DNA from: Octopus sinensis
Lineage: Eukaryota
NCBI RefSeq assembly: GCF_006345805.1
Contig: NC_043001.1
Coordinates: forward strand, 97,278,001 to 97,342,000
Length of the DNA stretch: 64,000 nt
Direction: 5' to 3'
Shown here: piece after piece, positions 53,795 to 64,000 of the stretch
Layout of the letters: each line of letters starts with the position of its first letter
Position numbering within the stretch: position 1 is the first letter of the stretch
The notes under the pieces: generated by a model
Told to the model about the DNA's origin: nothing
The model's input: only the letters and a program-made list of their open reading frames with translations
Databases searched by the model: none
Made by a program: the position numbers and the translations under genes

Positions 53795-54199
53795 GGCGTA
53801 GTGTTAAGTAGCATGCTTACCAAACCCATGGTTACGGATTCAGTCCCACTGCGTGACACCTTGGGCAAGTGTCTTCTACTATAGCCTCAGACCGAGCAGA
53901 GCCTTGTGAGTTGATTCGGTAGACGGAAACTGAAAGAAACTCGTCGTATATATGTATATATGTGTGTGTGTGTCTGTGTGCGTTTTTGTGTCTGTGTTTG
54001 TCCCCCCAACATCGCTTGACAACCGACGCTGGTATGTTTACGTCCCCGTAACTTAACGGTTCGGCAAAAAGGACCGATAGAATAAGTACTTGGCTTAGAA
54101 AGAATAAGTCCTGGGGTCGATTTGTTCCACTAAAGGCGGTGCTCCAGCATGGTCACTGTCAAATGACTGAAACAAGTAAAAGAGTATAAGAGTAAAAGA
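53795..54199 (+). mobile_element. SINE family S1, near full length
   Basis: Colinear with 3968-4392. Confidence 0.9.
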
Positions 54200-54729
54200 A
54201 CACTGCTATTACATAAAATGTTCAATCTTTAACTGACTTTTTCGGCAGCCAGTTAAAGCTCGATATTTTGTTCTGAGTAAACATTACTCCAAGTTCATTT
54301 AATTTTCGTTCCTATTCTGTTCCTTAACACAGACGTCTATTTATACCCATGTTATTTTCATGTATTGTATATTAGCGAATATAAATCGTTATATTCGAAG
54401 GGATAGACATGGAGTAGTGAATATGAGTAAGAACTATATTTCCTCAAGCAATTATTGTCCAAAGCCCTAAATTTAGTACCAAAGAATTTATAGCATTGAA
54501 GACAGCAGAGCTTATATTCAAATTTAGTTTAGAATGGACAGTTTTTCTCAATAAAAAGAAATCATTATCCAGTTTCTATGTTACCGCATTTAACATTAAT
54601 AAAAATTGCATCCAAATGCCCGTACCGTTTTAGAAGGGAATAAACGACATCCTTTAATCATTACCAAATGCATAAGGTTTCAGTAGCAGGTTAACGTAAC
54701 ATTCTTTACATTACATTCCCTCCGTTTAT

Positions 54730-54795
<66 letters not shown>

Positions 54796-54797
<2 letters not shown>

Positions 54798-57008
54798 TTA
54801 GAGCTGGAAACAGTTGTCGAAACAAAGCGTGCAGCTCTGATGTAATACAAGAGTGATTCTTCTATAGAATCACTCAAAGAATTCAGAAAGGCAAGAAATA
54901 AAACCCAACTGACTGCCAGACGCTGTGCAAATAGTATCCAGTCAACTGCTGACAGTCGCGACACCTGTGGGACGTATGCAGGTTTGAAGAAGGCCCTTGG
55001 TCCATCCGCAACCAAGTCAGCCCCTCTGAAATCAACTACTGGGGATCTCATCAAGGACCAAAGCAAGCAAATGGATAGATGGGTGGGATACTACCAGGTT
55101 CTCTACTCACGAAAGACCATGGTAGCTGAGGCTGCAATCGAGGGTGTCAGGATCTTGCCAGTCATGTGTGAACTTGACAGTCTGCCATCTATAGCAGAGC
55201 TCACCAAGGCTATTGACTTCCTAGCAAGTAACAAGGCTCCGGGAAAAGACGGCATCCCCTTAGAGATCATCAAAACTGGCAAAAACACCATCCTGCTTCG
55301 GCACATTTATGAGCTTCTGTGTCAGTGCTCGGAATAGGGTATAGTCCCTCAGGATATACGGGATGCTAACATCATTACGCTTTACAAAAACAAAGTTGAC
55401 CGTGGTGATTGTAACAATTACCGTAGAATATCTCTTCTAAGCACTGTTGGAAAGGCTTCTGCTCGCATTATTCTGTCCAGGCTGTAAGTGCTTGCTTCTC
55501 GAATTTATCTAGAATCGCAGTGTGGCGTTAGAAGCAGCAGATCAAGTATTGACATGATATTCACCTTACGCCAATTTCAGGAGAAGTCCAGTGAGCAGAA
55601 AATGCCATTATATATGGCCTTCATTGCTCTGACAAAGGCCTTTGAATTGGAAAGTAGAAAAGGACTCTTCATCCTGCTCCAAAACATCGGATGTCCATCA
55701 AAGCTGCTGAGGATCATTACATCTTTCCATGATGATATGCAAGGCACCATACAGCACAATGGTTCAACATCAGCGGCCTTCCAAATAAAAAATGGGGTAA
55801 AGCAAGGTTGTGTCCTTGCTCCTACATTATTTGGCATCTTCTTCTCGCTGCTGCTGTCACATGCCTTTGTGACATCAGATGATGGAGTGTTTCTGCACAG
55901 TAGAAGTGATGGGAAACTGTTCAATCTCTCGCGTTTGCGTGCCAAGACCAAAATCAGAAGCGACCTGATCTAGGAGATGCAATTTGCTGATGATGCCACT
56001 CTGGTATCACACACAGAAGAAGCCCTACAAAGGCTCATCAACTGTTTTGAGCAAGCATGTGGCAACTTTGGCTTATTTATCAGCCTCAAGAAGACCAACA
56101 TTATGGGTCAGGCTACATTTACCTTCCCAAACATACATATTGGAGACCACAGACTACAGGAGGTGGAGAAGTTTACCTATCTTGGCTCGACCGTCACCTG
56201 CAACATATCCCTTGCTACTGAGCTCAATATACGCTTTGGCAAGGCAGCTTCTGGGATGGCCCAACTCTCCAAACGGGAATGGGACAACAATAAGCTGACC
56301 AATACCACAAATTGAAGATTTACCAGGCATGTGTACTTAGCACTCTACTGTATGGAAGTGAGACTTGGACGCCATACACGCGCCATACGACCCCATACGT
56401 CGCCTAAATATCTTTCACCTGCGCTGCTTCCGGAAAATCCTTCGCATCAAATGGCAGAACCATGTCCCCAACAAAGATGTCCTCAAGCAAGCAGGAATAT
56501 CAAGCATGTTTACACTCCTCACACAAAGACGTATGAGATAGCTTCGACGTGTTAGCCGTATGGAAGATGGCAGAATCCCCAAGGACATACTCAACGGAGA
56601 GCTTGCTGGGGGCACTAGGTCTGTGGGAAGACCGTTCTTACGATACAACAAGGATGTTTGCAAAATTGACATGAATGCCTGCAACATCAATATTACCAAC
56701 TGGAAAGCAGTTGCCAGCAACCGTGGAGATTGGCGACATACCGTAAAAGAGGTAACACAAAGGAGTGACATAGAAGGAGATGAGAAATGGAAAGACAAGA
56801 AAAGACGTAAACAAGAAAGTATGACCTTACAACCAGCCAGGCAAAGTCTTCGCTACATGTGCAGCACCTGCCAGAGAGAGTGTTTGTCCAGGATAGGACT
56901 ACACAGCTACAGCAGGAGATATATTAGGACATGGAATGTAAAAGCCGGACTAGATTATTTTATGCGCAACTCCGTTGTCTTCCGAGACAAAAAGGATGCC
57001 AACAACAA
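54796..57008 (+). mobile_element. 5'-truncated RTE-clade LINE, decayed
   Basis: RT motifs KAPGKDGIP, ESQCG.R..RSSIDMIF, GVKQGCVLAPTLF, QFADD, FTYLGS, MEDGRIPK, and C-terminal CSTC..CLSRIGLHS; (CAA)n tail; several stops and frameshifts. Confidence 0.92.
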
Positions 57009-57014
57009 TATATA

Positions 57015-57202
57015 TGGATTTCGTAGACAGGAACTGAAACAGATCAATCGTATATATATATATGTATATATGTAAGTGTATGTGTGTGTCTTTGTGTCTG
57101 TGTTTCGCCCTCATCACTGCTTCATAACTACTGTTCATTTATTTACACCCACAAAACTTACTGGTTTCACAAGAACAAACTAATAGAATAAGTACTAGGC
57201 TT
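57015..57202 (+). mobile_element. SINE family S1, middle/3' remnant
   Basis: GGATTTCGTAGACAGGAACTGAAA..TG-rich tract..ATAGAATAAGTACTAGGCTT. Confidence 0.7.
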
Positions 57203-57288
57203 ATCAACATAAAAAAGCACTAGGCTGTGTCTCATATTTTTGCTAGCCCACTCAGTTGTATCTATCAATTTATCTTTGTGTGTGTGTG

Positions 57289-57342
<54 letters not shown>

Positions 57343-57368
57343 CTATCTATCTATATATATATATATAA

Positions 57369-57439
<71 letters not shown>

Positions 57440-58498
57440 CATATATATATAACACCCTCATGGGAGCCTTAGCTCCCAAATTTTAGTCATTTCTTTTATG
57501 ATCTAAAACTAGGTCAAATGTACTGAATGGATCTTTATGAAATTTCGAAATTATGTTCTAAGCATAAGGGCCATAACCCCCATGACAATTCATATACTTT
57601 TGCTGTTCATGAAATTTTAACCATAGATATTAGACAAAAATGAAGTAATGTTTATAAAATTTCATCTTCTTACAAAGTTAGGAAGACCCCTCCATGGGGA
57701 CTTAACATCCACAATTTTGTCATTTTATCTAAGCAAACACGAATACAGTTGTGCTTTTGGAAGCTGTAGGGTTACCCGGCATAAAAATTGGGCATTATTT
57801 CTAATTCAATGGTACAACAATGTAACAGTTTGCTTTGACATACACTTACATTGTGATTTCTGCAATGTGGTGCATAAATTAAGTAAATGAGAGGCATCTT
57901 TGTCTCCACTGATTCAGTTGCAAAGTGTTGCGTTAAGTTATTTGATTGCAGACCTTCTTTCTGTCTTTTTATTATCACTCGGTCACACATAGTCCCCAGA
58001 TGGTAACATTGATTACAAGGCCTTCCCAGATCAGTGACTGGTTATTCAAAGACGTTTATAGATTTTAAATTCATTCTGTCCAGTTACGTATTAGTATAGT
58101 GACCATTTGCAAACTCCAGAGGTGACACTTTAATTTCTCCTAAGCCCTCACGGCACACAGTTGTTAATGTTGAATGCAGTTGGGTCACGCCCTTCAAATT
58201 GCTATAGATTTGTAATGCATCTTACGGCTATGCCTGTCACCTGGATGGTGAGGAATCCTACATTGGGAGTGGCAACGACTAGGGTAGGGTAACTGACTGC
58301 TTATTGTGATCATTCATAGTTTGGTATCCATATGGCACGATTACAATTTTTTTAGGGTGTGTAAAGAAGGTAAATAACCCTCATCTGCAATTTTGATGAA
58401 ATTCGAAACATAGATATTCCAGTTCATTCTGAAAATATAAAAGAAAAGTCTAATTTATCAATTCAATGTATCCGTGCAACGCCGGGTATCTCTGCTAG
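57369..58498 (+). mobile_element. Non-autonomous Helitron
   Basis: 3' hairpin TCCGTGCAACGCCGGG + TATCTCTG + CTAG|T (58495-58498), resembling the autonomous element's end; the 5' TC position within the microsatellite is uncertain. Confidence 0.7.
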
Positions 58499-58576
58499 TA
58501 TATGTATATATAAATATATACATATATATATATATATATATACATATACTTATATATATATATATATACTTATACA

Positions 58577-58614
<38 letters not shown>

Positions 58615-58646
58615 TAGCGAGAAAGAAGCAACAAGAATGGATAGGT

Positions 58647-58732
58647 TTTTAGTACAATCGTTTCATACAAGGACAGGCTTTATGTTGCAAAAATTACAGC
58701 ATATAAACGTGTCCCGTACTCATCAGCTAAAA
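58647..58732 (-). ncRNA. Hammerhead ribozyme motif, family C (inverted copy)
   Basis: Reverse complement of 60413-60502 with a small stem II deletion. Confidence 0.8.
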
Positions 58733-60412
58733 TACATGTGAGTTCTCTAGACATCCTAGTGGTTGAGGCTATACTCATGAAGTAATGTAGATAATTAAGT
58801 AACATAAACAGATTTCCAAAGTTCATTAAAGATGATGTACAGTCTTATCACAGAATTTTAAAAAGGTTTTAATAGCATCACAGAGAAGGTGACCTAATCC
58901 ATAGTGCACATATGAATTTCCCACGCTAAATTGAAGACTTTAAAATATTTTAAATGATTAGAATTTTCGTAACTAGATAGATAGATAGATATAACTTGAT
59001 TTTTACTAGTATAGCACTGCTTTAAGTAGATAACTAAGAGTTCTCACACTACAGTTATCTTTTTCGTTATATCTGCATCAGTTTGTTGAGAACAGAGAAA
59101 TGAATAGTACTTATACGCTGCTTAATTGAGGCTTTATTTAATTTCAAACTCATAATTTTAAATCTTAATTTTAAATCTTAATTGTAACTTTTAATTTTAA
59201 TTCTTAACTTAATCTAATTTAAGTAGCATAACTTTAATAAAATAAAATGAGTTACTAAAGCCCCATAATTCTATTTCAAAATTAAATAAATAAGGCTACT
59301 CCCTCGGTGATAATATGATTATCTTCATTATGATAGACAATTCCCTAACAACCTTGTAAATGATCTTCTAAGATTTGACCTGTAGTCCGTCAATGTATGA
59401 ATAATAACGGCAACTCCTTAAGACAATAAAAAAATGAATAAATGAAATAAATAAATTTTAATGACTTTTTGATAAGATTATACTTAGATTTTCCTAATGT
59501 ATTTTCTTTGATTTTAGCCTCTGACTCCTAAACCCCTGACCGTGTTATCTCTTTAGATTCTCTTTAAATTCATAGCTGATTTCAACAGCAACAATTAGCT
59601 GTTTTACTGGTCAAAGAATAATATTCTCCTCTAGTTCCTAGATGCCTGTAAATTAAAACTAGACTTGCCGTCTACTAATTCTTCTGTATAACTAGAACCC
59701 TCTTTTTTCTTTTTTTTTTTCCCTTCTTTCCCTATTTCTTTTCTTTTCTCTTTTTTCTTTTTCTTCTTCTTATTCTCTTTTTCCTTTTCTCTTCTCTTTT
59801 AGTCCCCCTCACCCCCTTTTTTGCTCCCTCCTCCTTTATTTTCTCTCTTTTCTTCTCTCCCTTCCCTTTTCTGTTCTTTGCATCTCTAGAAAGCCCTTCA
59901 GCCTTTAAAAGTTAAATAGCTACAGCCTCTTGTAAATAGCAGAATGTGATTAATGTGGCAAATACCTAATCATCTAAACAAGAATTGATACTTACCTCAT
60001 TGTGTTCAACCATTGATAAATTTATCGCCTGTGAATATGAAATTCCTCTTCATTTCTCTGGAAATTTACATCTACACCATTGGAAATTGTGCATCTATAC
60101 AAAGGATTAATTCACCCTCTCTGTAATGCTAATAAGCAGGAATTGAGACCCCACATCGTTGTGATAACAATGGATAAATTTGTCGTCTGTGAGTATGTAA
60201 TCCCTCCTCATATCTGGAAATTCATATGTGCACTATGGATTAGGTCACCTTCTCTGTGATGCTATTAAAACCTTTTTAAAATTCTGTGATAAGACTGTAC
60301 ATCATCTTTAAAGAACTTTAATGAACTTTGGAAATCTGTTTATGTTACTAATATCTACATTACTTCATGAGTATAGCCTCAACCACTAGGATGTCTAGAG
60401 AACTCACATGTA

Positions 60413-60502
60413 TTTTAGCTGATGAGTACGGGACACGTTTATATGCTGTAATTTTTGCAACATTAATAAAGCCTGTCCTTGTATGAAACGATTGTACTAA
60501 AA
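60413..60502 (+). ncRNA. Type I hammerhead ribozyme motif, family C
   Basis: ttttag-CTGATGA(60419)-gtacgggaca...tgtccttgtat-GAAA(60485)-C-gatt-GTA-ctaaaa; perfect 6-bp stem I. Confidence 0.83.
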
Positions 60503-60914
60503 ACCTATCCATTCTTGTTGCTTCTTTCTCGCTTATAATCACCCCACATTACTGTATTGTTAAAACAGTATAGTTTTTTTGGTGCATCTAAGTTAGGTAC
60601 CATATTCAAGTAAATTCATTTAAATTAACTTGAATCTTTATTGCTTTTTATATACATATATAATATATATACATATATATATAGATAATATATATATATA
60701 TATATATATATATAATACTACAAAATTAGAGAATGGAGAAATAGAAAATACTATAAATCAGAAAACATCAACTATCCGATGATACTCAATCCATACTTTA
60801 ATACACCATTACATATGAGTAAAGGCAATACATAAAATGAAATGAGATATACAGTAATAGTAAAAGATAAAGAGATATAAGTAAAAAATTTTCAAAATAA
60901 TATGCAAATAAATC

Positions 60915-61030
60915 AAAACTGACAGCTGTTTCGGCAGTGAGGACAGTCATACCTCATTTAACCTATAAGCCATAAAGGCAGGTATAAATGAGGCATTAAC
61001 AAGGATGCCCCACGGCCTCTTCAGAGAATT
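60915..61030 (-). ncRNA. Hammerhead ribozyme motif, family A (third copy)
   Basis: Reverse complement of 25988-26103. Confidence 0.72.
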
Positions 61031-61366
61031 AAATTAAATTGTTATAATAGTGAAAATATTATACATCATATACATATAAATATAAAATATAAAAATGTAA
61101 AATATAAAAACTTATACATCATAAAGCTACACTATATAATATAATACACATTTGTACAAAAAGGAAGGTAAACAGAACAAAATAAAACAAATATATAATA
61201 GTGTATATATTAATATCAATAAGTACCGATATTATACATATTTGGCTAATAGTTTTTTTTATATATATAAAAAAAAAAGGCTAACATATATGGAGAAGAA
61301 AAATAAAAATTAAATCCGTGGTACAGTTCATAAGATTCTAAAGCTTAAAAGTTAATAAAAATTACT

Positions 61367-61403
<37 letters not shown>

Positions 61404-62621
61404 TAATAATAATAATAATAATAATAAAAAATATAATAAAAAATAGATACAGTTAATTAGCACCAAGTCCATCCTTACAGATCGAAATAACTATGAGTTA
61501 AGAAATGCTGACCACTAGGTAAAGAAAATATAGATTAATTCGATTGGCTATTGGTTTGAAATTTAAATCACAAAAGAAATTATACGGTTGGTTAGTCAGG
61601 GAACGCCAATATTCACACACGCATCTACAGATCAATCGCACATACACACATAGTAAATATGTATATGCTACAATACACATACATAATTACAAGCACAACT
61701 AGCACATAGATAAACAAAAAGGGAAGCAACTATGCTACAATTTAGTCCTTCAAATTATAATTGTGCCTCAATAATAAAAGAAGAACCATCCATGCATTCC
61801 ATAAAATATTTAATTTAGATATAAATATATTTTAAATATCAGTATATTACTAAGTCAGATACTTTACATGGGTAACTTAAAATTTATAACACCGGTTGTT
61901 GCAGAGTAAACATACGGTTGTTAGATTTATCGTAAGTTTTGTTATGGTTTTAAGTACGCTAAATATAAAAAAATATAAAATATAAAATATATTAATTAAA
62001 TTATTATAATAAGTAACTTATAACTTAATAAATATAGTGCCATAATATACCAGTTTAGGCATTAAAGAATAGAAGGGGAAGTATTAATGTAAACGCTTAT
62101 GAGAACATCATAGAAATTTTAAATAAATTTTATATTATAAAGACTTAAGATGAAAAGAGATAAAATAAATAAGAAGGAATAAAATACGAAGGAATAAATA
62201 CGGTTATACACATAATTTAAGTACAAAAACCAGTATATATGTATTCATATATTATTAAAATTAAATAAAAATAAATGATAGATATGTATGTATAAAACTA
62301 CCCCAGTATAAGTAAATAAGTAAAAATAAATAGGTAGCAAATTAGATGACTTGATATGTATGTAAACATCTACACTTAAATAGGCAAATAAATAAATAAA
62401 TAGAAGACTAGATGCAAAAATTGATAATATTACAATAAAATGGAAAATAAATAAAAAATAATAAATAGAGTGAATATATATGTATATTGTTGAAAGTAAA
62501 TATGTATGGAAGGATAGTTTAAAGTACAGATCCAGAGTATAGATATAAACTAATATATGAGGCTGGTAATAATTATAAAGCATAATGCATGTAAATGAGA
62601 AAATGAAAAAAATGAAAAAGG

Positions 62622-64000
62622 TTTATCATTAGTCAGAGAATTTCTAGTTTATCCTCAAACGAGGAAATTTTTAACAAACACTGTGACAGATACAATGCAG
62701 CATTGCTTAAGGCAGGATATAAAAGTAAGATTTGGTTTATACCTAAGGGGAACCCCCCTAAATGTAGTAGAACTATCAGGAACAACACAAATAGATTTAG
62801 GATAATCAACAATATACATAAGAATTGTAAAAATGGAATATATGATAACACCTATAATAAATGTAGAAGTGATGTTAACCTTGGAAAGGTGAACGGTAGC
62901 TCAAATAGATCTAAACATACGGGTAATAGTAGGAATATTAATAATAATATACGAATTAAAACTTATGGCAGACATGATAATGGTAAAGTTTACTTGCGCA
63001 ATAACCATGGTAATATTGATATAGATAAATATAACAATGACAGTGGTAAGAATAGTAATCCTATGAGTTGGTCTACGAATAGGATTTTTACAAATAACAT
63101 TAATTCTATAGGCAATCCTAATTCTGATAAGGATACTCTTTGGTGATTATCCATATGCAATGCAGATTAAAACAACATAGTGAGAGCTTTGCATAATGTT
63201 ATTTTTAGGCATTTTGGTAAGGATAAGAATAAATTTAGTCCTTAATTAACAACGGTACTGTTAGAGTGGGATATAGCATTACTCATAATCTAGCCACCAT
63301 TATCTCCTCTTTTAATAACAAGAAACTGGATCACTTCTATAAGGATAAATTGAATTTAGACCAGGAAAACTTGCCCCTCTTCATTAATAATAGAATAGAA
63401 ACTTTCTTGGAACAAATGGGAACAACCTCCTTACTAATAATGAGTGCACCATACCTGTCAGAGATATATAAATGAAATAGATCATACTACTACTACCAAT
63501 ACTAGTACTAGTGATAAGAATATAGCCGATAATGGGAAATTAACTCATTCGTTGTTTTGGGTTTGGATGATGATAACAATTGTAACACTTATAATGTGAA
63601 TAGTAGTATAGGGTGTTTGTCCAATTTCAGATTTCCTCATTCTGTTAATCTTTGTAATTTCAGAAATAAAAATAAATGTGTATTTGGTAATCAATGCCTC
63701 AGGAAGAGGTAGTTTACCAATGCACTGTAGATACACAATTGAGTAGTAGGTGTATATCGGGGCAACTATGAATAGCATAAAACAAAGATGGAATTATCAC
63801 AGATATACTTTTAGGAATAAAAATAGAATGTACTCTACAGGCTAAGTGCATACATTTGGGAGCTTAAAAATAAGAACTTAGATTTTAGATTAAACTGGAA
63901 AATACTAACTTCAGCACCTGTGTATAATGGAAAAAATAAAAAATGCTCTCTATGTATTAATGAAATTTTCTTCATTATTAAAGCGGGTCGGAAAATTATT
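62622..64000 (+). pseudogene. PLE polyprotein C-terminal part: thumb end, Asn-rich linkers, GIY-YIG endonuclease (Naiad-like), frameshifted
   Basis: Hand translation: ISQRISSLSSNEEIF..YNAALLKAGY; TVRVGYSITHNLATIISSFNNKKL; CNFR..CVFGNQCL..VVYQC..VYIGAT..KQRWNYHRYTF..LSAYIWELK..WKIL..CSLCINE. The clade assignment is from memory of motifs. Confidence 0.82.

Larger units (their letters stand above)
58617..60650 (+). mobile_element. Family C fold-back element: ~305-bp inverted arms, 1.3-kb spacer, 118-bp tail, in (TA)n
   Basis: 58617-58921 is the reverse complement of 60216-60532; tail 60533-60650. Confidence 0.88.
60713..64000 (+). mobile_element. Penelope-like element with inverted family A arm at its left end; runs off the window
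   Basis: 60713-61494 matches 24773-25530; thumb/GIY-YIG coding remnant from 62622. Confidence 0.8.

Noticed and set aside
63141-63150. In-frame TGA in the Naiad-like ORF as a possible selenocysteine codon
   Set aside because: Better explained by a 1-bp frameshift; the cysteine positions of the EN region are TGT/TGC, not TGA.

Overview
AT-rich, microsatellite-dense, non-coding animal DNA. The tRNA-derived SINE families and the (TA)n/(TATC)n/(CA)n load suggest an octopus or other coleoid cephalopod; this is inferred from pattern recognition, not from a search. No host protein-coding exon could be supported, and most listed ORFs are microsatellite artefacts. The window is a mosaic of mobile elements: a full-length, frameshifted Helitron (35534-41661, minus) and a non-autonomous one; a hATm-like DNA transposon with 8-bp TSD carrying a nested SINE and a nested R4/Dong-like retroelement; an RTE LINE; a HERO-like fragment; Penelope-like (PLE) RT/GIY-YIG remnants; and about 16 SINEs or SINE fragments. 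The most striking signal is a dense set of hammerhead ribozyme (HHR) motifs: 13 complete, 1 half and 1 degenerate. They are carried by at least five families with no evident mutual similarity, nearly all embedded in (TA)n. Four families share one architecture: inverted arm, sense arm, then a unique 3' tail, ranging from a ~200-bp element made almost only of two inverted HHRs up to 4.2 kb. The fifth is a head-to-tail ~470-bp retrozyme-like tandem. One fold-back family is physically joined to a GIY-YIG-encoding PLE at the right edge of the window.
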